Positions 17,597 to 34,472 of a DNA stretch of 34,540 nt are shown here, piece after piece. The notes below the pieces were generated by a model that saw only the letters and a list, made by a program, of their open reading frames with translations, made no database searches and had not been told where the DNA came from. The translations under genes were made by a program, and so were the position numbers. The stretch lies in NCBI GenBank assembly GCA_943704425.1, contig CALSCP010001570.1, positions 27,899 through 62,438 on the forward strand. The letters are read 5' to 3'. Each line of letters starts with the position of its first letter. Position 1 is the first letter of the stretch. The DNA is from Ministeria vibrans ATCC 50519. Taxonomy: Eukaryota > Protista > Filasterea.

Positions 17597-18672
17597 CTAC
17601 AGGTGCAGGAAAGGCACGGCGAGGACCAACACTGGCACAGAGTACGAGGCAATGGTGGACGGATTGAGCTCGAGGCTCCAGCGGACACCGTGAAAGAGAA
17701 CCCCACGTCGCGCGTAGGTCTCGTTGACCTCGTCAAGATAGGCGCGCACCTTGGTCCAGGCGGGAGTCATGCGAGGAGTCACACCCGAGAGGGTGGAGGC
17801 GGCCACCTCTCGCTCCATCGCGCCCGACGACACACCATCACGCAGCATTTCCAACTCGCGCGACTCAAAGGTACTCGCCAGTGGCATCACACATGCGTTC
17901 ACTGCATCCAGCACACCTGCATACTCGCTTCTGTCAATGTGACCTGCCAGCGAGTCGGGAAATGTCGGCACAAAGCCAATGCTGGTGAACTTGAGATAGG
18001 GAACTAAACACAAGATCGTAGAAGAGAGAGTGAGAGGGAGAGGGGGAGAGAGGGAGACAGAGAGACAGTGAGAGACACAGAGAGGAAGGGATAGAGGAAG
18101 GGAGAGAGAGTGTGTGTGTGAGAGAGAGAAATGAGAGATAAAGAGAAGTCACAGCCGAAATATCACGCAAGTAAAATATTTCGGGAAACACCCAACTATG
18201 ACTTCAACTAAACGCATCAACAGACAATCTTGGAGTGATGGGCGCGCAAAGCAGGTCGAGATCTACAGCGTGTGGCGCGCGAGGGAGTATCACGCAAAAA
18301 TCTGTAAACAATGGCAATGGCACGACATCCGTTCGCTTTCGCGCTCGCACACCGCCCGACAGTGCAAAGTGACCGTATGGTGCACCGTAGAAGACATGCA
18401 AACACGACCGTTGCGCTTTGCTTTAAAACCATCCCCAAAAATATCTTAAAAAAGGCCAACACTCGAAAACAAACGTTAGTGGGCACGCGCCACTGCGCAC
18501 CGTCGCGCGGCATGCAATTGATAAGCTAAGGACACGATAGAGAGTGTGCCGCCGTACCAACAATGCCGTCGTGTGTGAGGATTGGACCGGCATTTTGATG
18601 GACTCGCTCAATGGAGAGTCGCTGCGCTGCCGTTGCCGTGCTGTTGTCTGGAACGCATATTTGATTGCCCAT
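17597..18672 (-). CDS. Small protein, probable ERF4/GOLGA7 family, with an N-terminal acylation motif
   Basis: Exon 1 18672-18558 (MGNQICVPD...) splices in frame (GTACGG...TTTAG, intron 18004-18557) to exon 2 18003-17597. FPDSLAGHIDRSEYAGVLDAVN and YLDEVNETYARRGV resemble the ERF4/golgin-A7 pattern. About 173 aa. Family call is from recalled motif similarity only. Confidence 0.55.
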
Positions 18673-18788
18673 GCTGAAAAAGTAGCGGTAATGTGGCGGA
18701 CTGGCGGATCTGAGAAAAAATAATATAATCAAATATCAAATATTTTGAATTTGCTCACCACCTACCGTTTTTCTGTACTTACTGAACC
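18673..18788. promoter_or_regulatory. Probable bidirectional promoter, ERF4-like/C19orf53-like
   Basis: 116 bp between divergent ATGs, with an AT-rich core. Confidence 0.45.
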
Positions 18789-19141
18789 ATGCCACAGACA
18801 AAGGGAAAGAAGCTCGGCTCATCGCTGGGTGTGAAGAAAGCCAAATCAGGCAGTGTGTCGAAACGTAAGAAGACATGTTAAAGAGCAAAGATGCTCAGCG
18901 ACTGACTGTCGCACTGGACGAATACCCACGCCGACTCACCTGCTTTGTTGCGCTCCCCCGCCCCCCTCTCTCTCCCTGTCTCCGCTGGGCAGGACGCCCC
19001 GCCGCCCGCAAGATGGTCAATGCGGGCGACGCCTTGCACGCGCAGCTCAAGAAGGAATCCAGCGCACGCAACTTTGACTTGATGACGTCGATGGCAACAA
19101 AGGGCTCGGGTACCCTGAAAGTCCTCAAGGTAAAGCGGTAG
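18789..19141 (+). CDS. Small basic protein resembling C19orf53/UPF0390 (about 74 aa, 2 exons)
   Basis: MPQTKGKKLGSSLGVKKAKSGSVSK|RRPAARKMVNAGDALHAQLKKESSARNFDLMTSMATKGSGTLKVLKVKR*, with an in-frame intron GTAAGA...GGCAG. Lys-rich, with an MxQ start and LKxLK ending similar to that family. A strong donor AAG|GTAAAG near 19130 means it may splice further. Confidence 0.45.
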
Positions 19142-19175
19142 CGCTGGTGTCGCGCTCGTTCTGTTGCTCTCGTTT

Positions 19176-19730
<555 letters not shown>

Positions 19731-19923
19731 CGATCATCTGCGACCTCAAAATGACAACTCTGCTGTATTGCTTCTCTGCTACTGCGTTACAGATCACGCC
19801 AAAAGCGCACTGGCGCGCACACTCACTTCATTCTCGACGCAAGCGAGTGTGTCCTCGCGCCACGACGCCGAGCCACACGACGCCGAGGCCGACTCGCTCA
19901 TTGCGCCAGCAGTGAGCACTCGC

Positions 19924-20535
19924 ATGGGAATGGAGGCGTGGAATGCCCTCAAGGTCCCCTCAACACTGTACACGAAACTGCTCAACATGAGTCTTGGACC
20001 CCCCACTGACATTCAGCGAGCGGCCATTCCACGGCTCATCCAAAAGAAGAGGTAGCACACACACACACACACACACACACATACATCACACATACATACA
20101 CACATACATACGTACATACATACTCACACGCACGCACGAAGAACTTACATGACAAATGGCGAGAGTGTGTGTGTGTTTTGCTGTGTGTGGTGTGTGACAC
20201 AAGAGTGATATGTCTGAGACACAAGATCATTAATTTTTTATTATTTTTCAGTCTGTTCATTCAGTCTGAAACAGGCAGTGGCAAATCTCTTGCTTTTCTT
20301 CTTCCCATCATTGCCAACATCAACAACGCACGAACCTCTACACAAGCCATTGTCATTGCTCCATCGCGCGAACTGGTAAACGCAACGTCTAAGGAACACC
20401 ACACTTAAGCTAATTTGCTGCCATTGATTAGACATACCAACTGTTTCTTCTCGCGCGAAGTCTCAACTCCAAAGGATCCAAAGCACGCAAAAAGAAACCC
20501 ATCACAATCACATTTCTACAAGGGTTCTGTAAGAG

Positions 20536-20574
<39 letters not shown>

Positions 20575-21770
20575 TACGACACACAAATAACACACTCTCT
20601 GTCTACTCTTCACATTTTGATTTTGCAAATAGCAACATCAAAAACAGTCCCGTCCACGCGGCAACACCACCCCGCAGCTAACCCAACGGGCGTGCACATT
20701 GTCTTCAGTACTATCGACACCCTCCGGCGTGCCGTCCAGGCCGGCCGGGTCATCCTCTCTGATGTCCGCTGCGTTGCTGTCGATGAAGCCGATCACATCC
20801 TTGACAGCAAAACCTCAAAGCTGCTTTCCGTACAACATTTTGAACTGGCCCTTTACTCATCATTTTATTCCTAATCCCTTTTTCTTTCTTCCACTCTACC
20901 ACTTTCTTTCTCGCTATTACTTTTTTTTCTTCCGCCTCTCTACTTTGTTTCTTTCTCCCTCCATTCTCTCTATCGCTCTTTTTCTTCTTTCTTCCTCTTT
21001 CACTCAACAGAAGTTCCTCAAAGATAAAATGCCGTCGCGCGCACAACTCATCTTCTCATCAGCGACCCTCACTAACTCAGCCATTTCACTGGGCCGCCAT
21101 CTCAGACCCACCATTGAATTTGCACGCACAATTCCCGTACAACGCACATCTTCTGCCCATCGATGAACACCTGTCTCATTTCTCATCCCGTAGCACGGTG
21201 TGTCTCCCATCGGCGCACTGCCAACGACCCTGGAGCACATTGCGCTGTGCATTGCGTCCTCCGATGACGTTCCGACCATCTACACCCGTCTTCACGCGGC
21301 CCTCTCGACCGTCGAACGTCCAAAGGGTGTGCTGATCTTTGTCGATCGCAGATCTCAGGTACTGCCCATTACATATTTAGTCTCTGGCAGCCACATTTGA
21401 CAGCCTTTTTATCTCATTGTAGGTCATTCGCAATTATGAGTATCTCACGTCGAAACGATATCTCGTGGCCACTCTGTACTCTGAAGCATCGCACAACGAA
21501 CGCAACGAGTTTAAGAAACTTGGGCATGGAAGTACACACACAAAGACAACCAGAGAGAGACAGACAGAGAGACAGACACCTGTTCATTCACACACACAGT
21601 TTATTTTTTGTGGCTCATTTGTTTATCTCTGATCTCTTTTTTTTCTCTTTTTCTCCTCTTTTTCCTCTCTCTTTTTTCTCTCTATCACTTTGTTTCTTTC
21701 TCTCTATCACTTGTTTTTTTCTCTCTTTCTCTATCACTTGTTTTTTTCTCTCTTTCTCTATCACTTTGTT

Positions 21771-21835
<65 letters not shown>

Positions 21836-22279
21836 CTGCGTTAGGAGGAACCCCTGTGTTTGGCATCAGTACGTCTGTGGGCGAGCGGGGCATTGACCTG
21901 GCGCATGCATCTGTTGTCGTGAACCAGCGCGTGCCAACACACACCCGAGAGTACCTGCACCGCGCTGGACGCGTCGGACGACTGCAGTCGGGCCCGAGCG
22001 TAGACTACACTCCCACAGAGGAAGAAGACTTCGAGACGCAGGAGAGCGACGAGCAGGAGGCAACAAATCACCAACCAGTCAATGTGAAGCGACTGGTGCG
22101 GCAGAGCGATCGCGATGAAATTGCCGAACTGCAGGCGGATGCAGAGGGTACGCCTACCAAGTACGTGCGCTGCGGGTCCCTCCAGAAGGGCACTGTCATC
22201 ACTCTCCTTCGCGACACCCATCCATCAGATCTTGTGGCCCTTAAGGTTTGTGTGTCTTTCTCTATACTCTCTCTCTATA

Positions 22280-22311
<32 letters not shown>

Positions 22312-22504
22312 TGCGACTATTTGACCTTGTTTCCTCTTTCTTACACAGTCTTTGAGCCGAAAGCTTGGGTTTGCCTTCAAAATTCAGCGACTCAGCGCTG
22401 GACAGTTGCTTGACGAAGGAGTATACGATGGTCGGGAGGCAGAGGAAGAGGAGGAGGAGACGATGAAGGAAACGCAGAAAGAGGAAGAGCCCTTGAACGT
22501 GTAA
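19924..22504 (+). CDS. DEAD-box RNA helicase (5' end uncertain; possibly organellar)
   Basis: Q motif WNALKV...PTDIQRAAIP; motif I SETGSGKS; Ia APSREL; II VDEAD; III SAT; IV LIFV; V STSVGERGID; VI YLHRAGRVGR. Acidic tail ends at TAA 22502-22504. The frame is open upstream to an acceptor at about 19792 (ALARTLTSFSTQA, transit-peptide-like), so the true start may lie further 5'. Confidence 0.9.
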
Positions 22505-22592
22505 AGTGAAACAAACAACACAGAAACCTGGATTGTATATATATAATTATATTATTATATTTATTATTATACAAATGCTTTAATAAATTTGT

Positions 22593-24974
22593 TTATTCAA
22601 CTTGCCCTTGTGACTGGTCAACGGCCTCTGAGTCGAGTGCATCCTGTGCGTTGGGATAGTAACCCACGTACTTGACGTGCCATGTGACAGATGTGCTGGC
22701 GGCCACCGTCTTGAACTGGTGAACAATCTTGCGGGGGATGTAGTACATATCGTGGTGGCGCAGGGTGATGCGCGCCCAGGGCACCCCAAGCCGCCCCAGT
22801 TGGTTGAGTTTGGCGTCTTCCACCCACGTCTCCGGATAAATGCACTGGTCTTGCGGCTCTTCGTTGTAGTCGAGGCCCAGCACTTGGGCAAGACGCGCCA
22901 TTTCCGACGCGGCAAAGGCAATGACGTCCTTGACCACTCGTCGGTCGTTGCGCGTGTCGCTTGGTGGTTGTAGCACACCCACGGCCGCAATAGAGACGCG
23001 GAAGGGTGGTAGTCCGGCGTGATCCGCATGACACGGTGTCCGGTCGATAATGTGCTTCTCGCGTGACCGTTCACCCCCGCGCGAGCGACCCAGCAGCGAC
23101 GAGAGTTCTCGTGGTCGTTTGCGCGGCGACGGTGACTTATGTTGGTTTTGTTGTTGTTGGTGTTGTTGTTGTTGTTGTTGTTGTTGACTGTTGCTGCGCT
23201 CGGCAATCCACTGTAAATCATTTGTGGACAGCATTTGTTCGCCCGGACGCGACCACAGAATGGGCCCGTCATCGGAATCCTTGGGAAGCGTGCCCTTAAG
23301 AGTCGCCAAGGGACCCCAGGGCAATGACGCACGTGCAAACGGGTTGCGCTCGAGCATCTTGAGCACCTCCTCAAAGTACCCGCCACGCTCCTCCTGCATG
23401 CGCCCTACGAGAGAAATGGGCCGCAGCGAGCCCGCCTTGTGTGTTCCCCTGTCCAAAGACGCATCGATATCGGCAACAAAGCGCTCCAGCGTGTTCGTGA
23501 GCGCCAGCTTGGGCTGCACCAGCACCTCATGCAGCGCCTCAACCGACCCATGGCGAGCGCTCAAGTGGCGCAACACGTTGGGCACCACCAGAGCTCCGCC
23601 ATGAACGATGCCCATCACATACAGCGCATTGCCTTGCGCATCTTCGCGCATCGACTCGTCGAAAAAGGCCTCGCCAAAGGTATTCCAGGGCGAAAGAGCA
23701 CCCTCGACTTCCTGCTCGGTGAACTCGGCGGGAAGCGCAGCCAAGTGTGTGCTCAAGAGTGCCATGGGAGGGTACATGTGAAGCACACGAGCACCGCCGC
23801 CGCTGTGCTCCTCTACCAGCACGTACGAGTGCCACGTTTCGCCAAAGACACTCACCAGACGCCCACCATCAAAGTCGGCGGCTCGCATGAAGCCCGGAAG
23901 CAGCGCAGGCTCTTCGATGGGCGTGTCGGGCGCCAAAGGAATCGTCAGCGACACTGGCGGCAAAGGCAGAGTTGGAGCACTGCGAGAGGACGCCTTGCGA
24001 CCCGCCGGACTTGAACCCACGCCATTGCTGCTCGCAGTATTGCCAACAGCGCTTTTGCTACTAAGCTTTGCGCGTGACGCTGTCTTGCCTGCGCCACTAC
24101 TCCGCCTTGACGTTGTCTTGCCTGTTGTTGGCGCTGTTGCAGATGCGTTGGTGGGTTTCGTCAATGTGGGTGTTCGAGAGGACCGTCGTCCAGTGCTCGG
24201 CAAAGTCGGCGTGGCTGGGGCAGGTGCGGTGTGGTCGTCGGGGGGCAACTCGACGGAGTCGCTTTCGATTTTGACTTGTGCTGGTGCGGTGACCAGCAAG
24301 GCTGCAGCGGCCGTGAGCAGGGAAGGGGCATCAGCAGAGAAAGGAGTGGGTGGAGACGACGAAACGGGTGTGGTCGTGGTGGTGGTTGCAGCGGTGGCTG
24401 TGGTGGACACCAGGGCAAGCGAGACGGCGGCTGCTGCTGCGGCGGCCGCTGCGGCTGTGGCCGTTTCTGAGGCGCTCCGGGAAGTGCTGCCGTCCGCACA
24501 CACATCCATGGGTGTCGGCACTCCGTTGGGGTCCTTCTCTGAAAGCAGTTCGGCATCGAGACGAATTCGCTTTGGTTCGCTAACGTTAGAGAAAAAAAAA
24601 GAAGGAAAAAAAAAGTGAGAGTCGTTGAGAGAATATCACCCGACGCTCCATGAGTGTGGGCACAGCTAGGAATGGCAGGAGTTTGCATTGTCTCACTCCT
24701 TCTCTGCTTGTTGTTCGATAAAAGGCCCAGAGGAAGCGAGGGCGGTGGTGTTACCTTTCCGAGATATTCGCAAACGGTTTGTCACACTGTCTCGCGACGT
24801 CTGGCACACTGGCGGGCGGCAGGGGAGTTGGAAATGCATCGTGCACTACCATGTCGGCAGCAGGTGGCACACTGAAGAGAGGCGGAGTGCAGAACGACGG
24901 CTGAGTAAGGGCGAGTGTGTGTGTGTGTGTGTGTGTGTGTTGTGTTTTGCGTACTTTGCACAACCAGCCTCCAT
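22593..24974 (-). CDS. RSBN1: RSBN1/RSBN1L (KDM9, DPY-21-like) JmjC-type histone demethylase
   Basis: GGARVLHMY, YVMGIVHGGA, SLPWG, SDDGPILWSRPGEQM, DRTPCHADHAG, AAVGVLQ, RVVKDVIAF, EEPQDQC, WVEDAKLNQL, YYIPRKIVHQFKTV...WHV all match the RSBN1/DPY-21 domain. Two small 5' exons (ATG 24974; second exon ends AG|GTAACA near 24755) splice in frame. The 5' model is less certain than the domain. Confidence 0.9.
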
Positions 24975-25154
24975 TTGAGTCGAAGAGCGTCAACGGGATC
25001 CGCACACGTCGAAGTACAAGTGAACACTCAACAGCAATCAACAAGTGTAAGTCGTAATTAATATGTAATTATAATTTAGTTTGGTAAACTTTGGTTTTAA
25101 TGCTGATCATTCCATTAACTCTGCTCTCTGCTCTCAGTGTTCACTGCCGTCACC
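24975..25154. promoter_or_regulatory. Probable bidirectional promoter, RSBN1/COPS7
   Basis: 180 bp between the predicted divergent ATGs, with an AT-rich core at about 25055-25100. Confidence 0.5.
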
Positions 25155-26357
25155 ATGGTACACCAGGAGGAGATCCTTGCCATGGCCAGCAGCTTCAAAG
25201 GCGCCATGCTGGCCAATGTGCTGGTGCAGGCGCTCGACTCTCCGACCATGCATGTGTTTGGGGAGCTTCTTGCCATCCCACAGGTATGCTTCCGTGGCGC
25301 CGACCCTTTTCCATCGACTCTTGCGTCGTTTTCTCTCTCTTCTTTTTTGTGTTGTTTCTCTTCTTTCTTTGGTTGAGCGTGTAAGAGATTTTCATGTTTC
25401 GTCGTGTTCCGCCGTCTGTACGGGCCGTCGCCGTACAAGGCCGGTTCCCCCCCTTGTACACTACCCCCATTGTTCATCTGCTAGCCGTCTAGTGTCTTCT
25501 CAAGGCCGTGTTGCTTCGCTGTGTCTCGTCAAAAATGACTCTTTCGCGACTCCACTCAAAACGTTTGCGCGTCTCGCCCTGCCGTTGCTACCTCCTTTCC
25601 CATTACGAGTGTTTCTTACTTCCCATTATTATTCCTGTGCGACCTGCTTGTGAACATAATCCAAGTCACAATTCACTACAATGAATTTACTGTGCAAGTC
25701 ACAAACCACTAATGAATCCACTAATCGTCGCACAGGTTCAGGCGCTCCGTGAAGACTCACAGCACGCACCACACGTGCGTCTGCTTGAAATCTTTACATA
25801 CGGCACATTGCAGCACTACACAGCCGAACAAGAGGCGCTTCCGCCTCTCAGCGATGCACAACTCATGAAACTCCGACATCTCACTGTCGTGCAAATGGCC
25901 AAAGAGTCGCGCACACTCTCGTACGCGTCGCTCTTTCGCCTCCTTCAGCTTCAAGACTGCACCGACCGACAACTGGAAGATACGATTATTGAAGGAATCT
26001 ACCGTGGTGTGTACAAAGGAAAGGTAAGAAGATACAGGGCAACCAAGAACAACGATGTTTACACTTGCACCGAATCGTACAGCTGAATCCGATGAGCAAG
26101 CTGCTTGAAGTGCACGAGACAATTGCACGTGATGTGGATCTTACTGTCGGACCCGACGGCGTCAGTCAACTGGACAGTGTCATTGCGACACTCACTCGGT
26201 TCACAGAAGTCTGTGCCAATGTCATGACCCAAATCAATGAGCAAGCAATGCGCGCAAACAAATCCAAAGACAGTACTTGTGAATTCAATACATCTGTCGA
26301 AAGCAGAATCAAAGAGGTATCCATCAAATATTCTTCTCCTTACACACAGTCAAAAAC

Positions 26358-26389
<32 letters not shown>

Positions 26390-26596
26390 GCCGTCACCTT
26401 TCTTACCACTCTCTCTCTCTCTCTCGTCTTCTGTTGTTAGGCGCGAGAAAGCGCAGCATACGACCGCCCGCGTCGCAAAATGCCCCAGGGCATGACAGGA
26501 ATGCTCGGAATGCCCTCAGCCGGCGATGACTATCAGAGTGCCGAGTATCACCATGAACAGCGGCGTCAGCCGAACCGCCGAAAAGGCAAAATGTAA
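25155..26596 (+). CDS. COPS7: COP9 signalosome subunit 7 (PCI domain)
   Basis: Exons 25155-25283, 25736-26023, 26083-26316 and 26441-26596. KGAMLANVLVQALDSPTMHVFGELL...LLEIFTYGT...LPPLSDAQLMKLRHLTVV...RQLEDTIIEGIYRGVYKGK|LNPMSKLLEV...IARDV. Confidence 0.93.
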
Positions 26597-26673
26597 ATAA
26601 ACTTTTCTTTTTCCCTTGATCTCTCGTTTGTTCCGTGTGAGTCACTTTTTTTTGTGTGTTTGCTTATTTTGTC

Positions 26674-30793
<4,120 letters not shown>

Positions 30794-30884
30794 TCATGTG
30801 TGATTCGCGTGTTTGTTTTTTTGGTTGGGATCGTTCATTTTGTTGCTAATGTGTTCATACACCATGATTGATTAATTTTTCTTT

Positions 30885-33110
30885 TTACTTCTTTTTCATA
30901 CTCTTGTCTTTCCTCTGCTTCAACCGTGGATCTGCTTTCAATTCCTGCGCCACAACCAACGAACTGCGTCTCTTTAAATGTTCACGATCAATCACCTTCA
31001 AATATATTATTATTAGAAAAAATAAATAATTAATACATTATCACTAATAATAATAATAATAATTATTATTATTATTTTTCTATAGTCCCTCACTCTCACT
31101 CCAAAAATGTAGCTTTCTCTCTGCCACTTTTTCTCTCTCAGTCGTTCTCTCTCCTTCTCTTACGTCGTCATCAATGTATGCATTGTCATCATCGTCGTCC
31201 GCGTAGACCACGTCTGACTTGCCTCCTTTCTTGACACTCATCCGCCCCGCCAGATCAAGATCATCCCTCTTTGGCAGATTGATCCGCAGATTGTGCTGCG
31301 GAAGAGCAATTTCAACTCTTTCCTCGGTCTAAAAAATAAAAGGCACATGCGGGTCATTCTTTGCGTCGTATCATCGACATAAATCATCATTCTCAATATT
31401 TTTGACATTGAGTACAGCTCTCGATTCTCTATTTATTTTCCTATTCTTCAATTCGTGCGTCCTTCCTCACCTGTTCTTGTTTCGACTTCTGTTTGGCGCG
31501 CGCAACTGCTCCCAATTGACTCTGTAGCATATCCAGTACTTGATTGACATTTCCTTTGGTTGCAGTTGGAATAGACTTTCCACCCTGCGATACGAAGCGT
31601 CAGAATAGTGTTACGTCTTCTTGTTTTTGAGTTCAAAATTCCATACTAATTGACGAGACTTCTTTGCAAGAAATTCAATGGCAAGAACGGACTCCTCAAT
31701 AGTGCGGTCGGAGCGTTGAGTGTCAGCCGTTAGACGCGAGAGCTCGGCTGTTGCCTCGGCGACTTTGGCGCGCCGTTCAATGAGCACCGCCTCCACGCTG
31801 GCGGCCTCTGGCTCGTCTGCGCCTTCTACACTCTCCTGCAGCTGCTGCTTCTCACCAAAACACAGCGATTTGCGTTCGCGTTGTAGCGTCGCAAGTTCCC
31901 CCTGGAGCTGAGTGATGCACGTTTGGCATTCGCTCTGCATGCTCTCCAGACGATGCTCCGTCTCCCGCTGTGCTGCCATCTGCGCAACAGCCGTCTCCGG
32001 ATCGCCCAACAGATACGCCCGATCGCTCTCACGCATTCGCTCAAACATGTCTTCGTACTCTCGCAGACGCGCTGCGGCCACTTCGGCCTCGCTTGAGCTT
32101 GCCTGTTGCTGCTCCAGCTGACTAACACGTCGCGAGTCTATCAGAGCCGCCTGCTGTCGCTCCTCCATCTGCGCCGTCTCCTCCAGTGTCTCGCGCACTT
32201 TGCTCTTGTACATATCCAGCTCGTTCTCGCGTGTCTGCCGGTCCCGTTGAATCTTCAGCTCGAGATCTTCTATCTCCTTGCGCGCCTGTTCTCGGGCACT
32301 GGTGGCGTCTCCCAAAATGCGTCGCATCCGCTTCATTTCGCCCTCCTTGGCCGCCACCACCTTCTCCAGCTGCGACAGTTGGCTGTCGTAGTTTAAACGT
32401 TCCTGTTGCAATCGTGCAATCAGCGCTTCATACGTCTCGCGGATGTTGACCGCCTCGTGGTACTTGATCTGCGCCTTCTCCAGTCGATTCTCTACGGTGC
32501 GCACTCTTCGCGCTGCGTCACTCTCCTCGCGCGTCTCCACCAGGCCCTCGTCTTCCTTCTCTAACGACATCAGCGTATCATGAAGGGCCACCACCTGTTC
32601 CTTCTTCTCCGCATTGACACGTCGCGCTTCGTCCAATTGCCGACGAGCCAACAAAGTCTGCGGTTAATATTATTAATAATATTATTTTGTTTTGATTATA
32701 ATTTTTTTCTTTTCTTTTTCGTACCTCCTTTGTCAAGCGCTTTGACTCAAACGCCTTGGCAGCATCACTTTCAATGTTATGTGGTGAATCAATATCGGAC
32801 AGAATCAGGCGTATTTTCTATTGGCAAAAGGGAAGCAAAGGTCGTTAGCAACGACGGTTGTCAAGCGACCGTTCGTTTATTCCTAGCGCCCATACACATC
32901 CGCCCATTCACATACACCAACGTCATACAGTATAGATACCTTGTTTTGCTTGTTTAGAGAGTCGATGCGAGTCTTATTCTCGCCCATGGTGGCGTTGGTG
33001 GTCTCTTTGTAAGCGCGCAAGTTGCCCTGAAGCACACCGCATCGCTTGCGCAGCGCATCGACCTCGTCCGACGCCGAGAAGACTCCCTTCTTGGCTTTTG
33101 ACACGAGCAT
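30885..33110 (-). CDS. ODAD3: Outer dynein arm docking complex subunit CCDC151/ODAD3 (coiled coil)
   Basis: ATG 33110. LRKRCGVLQGNLRAYKETT...NKTRIDSL; RVRTVENRLEKAQIKYHEAVNIRETYEALIARLQQE; LPQHNLRINLP...DDDDD...|VIDREHLKRRSSLVV...KKK*. These follow the CCDC151 N-terminal, LENRLEKA and C-terminal patterns. Confidence 0.82.
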
Positions 33111-33549
33111 ATCGAAGAAATAGAAAAAAAATATTATTAGAAGAAGAAGATCAGACGGTTCACGGTTGGAGTGAGTGAGTGAGTAATTACTCCGTATTCT
33201 GATTGATTTTTTAAATATTCCTTTTAAATTCCTCCTTCTAAGTAGTAAGTTCTAGAAGTAAGTGTCAGTTTGAACTTTTAAAGTTCAAGATGGATGAGTC
33301 GCAAGTCATACATTAAGCTTTCACACACACACTTTTGCCAAATTGCCTTCAGAGTCCAGACCAGATTTCAAATTTATCTGATCATTGCCTACCTATCTAC
33401 CTACCTATCTTATATCTACCTAGGTAGTTCATAAATAGTTGATAGAGTTCAATTTTTCCATTTTCAGAATTTAGAAAAATGAAAAATTAAATTAATTCAG
33501 ATTTTTCACTTTAATTGTCGTCTCATCTCCTCCACCTCCGTTGCCTCTG

Positions 33550-34472
33550 ATGCTTTCTCTTGCTCGCTCTCGTGTTACGGGCATCCCTGCTCTTCAACAA
33601 CGATTTGCCAGGTGAGCTTTTATGATCGTGATATTTTGCGTGATCGCATCACTCAAGTGCGATCGAAGCGCACGCCGGCGCGTGCTGGCGCTCCCTTGGC
33701 CATGAAACGATGCGTATGTCATGTACATGTTGCATGAGCCACGGCGCGGTGTTTGTTTCCGCTCTATTCACACGGCAATTGACCATTTTTGACGCTGGTG
33801 GTTTGGAGTAGTTGGTTTGCAGGTGTTGAACAAGGCCCGCCCGACGCCATTCTCGGCATTACCGAAGCGTTCAAGCGCGACACGTCGCCTCTGGCTATGA
33901 ATCTTGGCGTGGGCGCCTACCGCGACGACCAAAACCGACCGTACGTCCTGGACTCCGTTCGAAAGGTGCCCAACGATCCAGTTTTGACGTTCACTCACTC
34001 TCATTTCGTTCTGCAGGCGGAATTGGCGGTCATTGAAGCAAACATGAACAAAGAGTACGGTCCCATTGATGGCACGCCGCAGTTCACCAAGCTGTCGGCG
34101 GAGCTTGCTTTTGGCGAAGACAGTCCCGTTCTCGAGAACAACCTCAATGCGACGGTGCAAACCATTTCGGGCACTGGTGCGCTGCGTGTGGGCGGAGTCT
34201 TCCTCAAGCGATTCCTGCCTAACTGCTCTGAAATCTATTTGCCAACCCCGTCGTGGGGCAACCACAAGCCGACTTTTACTGATTCGGGTCTGACTGTCAA
34301 GCAATACACCTACTACGACCCGGCGACGTGTGGTCTGAACTTTGCTGGGCTCATGACCGACCTCAAAAAGGTGCCGACGGGCACAGTGGTGCTGCTGCAC
34401 GCGTGCGCACACAACCCCACGGGTGTTGATCCCTCGCAGGAACAATGGCAAGAAATCGCTGCTCTCTTCAAA
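33550..34472 (+). CDS. GOT2: Mitochondrial aspartate aminotransferase (continues beyond the right edge)
   Basis: Presequence-like exon [20 protein letters not shown] (33550-33611) splices to [24 protein letters not shown]...[10 protein letters not shown]...[10 protein letters not shown]...PTPSWGNH...[15 protein letters not shown] 51-nt intron lies at 33966-34016 and a donor at 34473. Confidence 0.96.

Noticed and set aside
22580-23386. 268-aa alternative-frame ORF overlapping RSBN1
   Set aside because: Off-frame shadow (poly-N from the CAA repeat) with no motifs.
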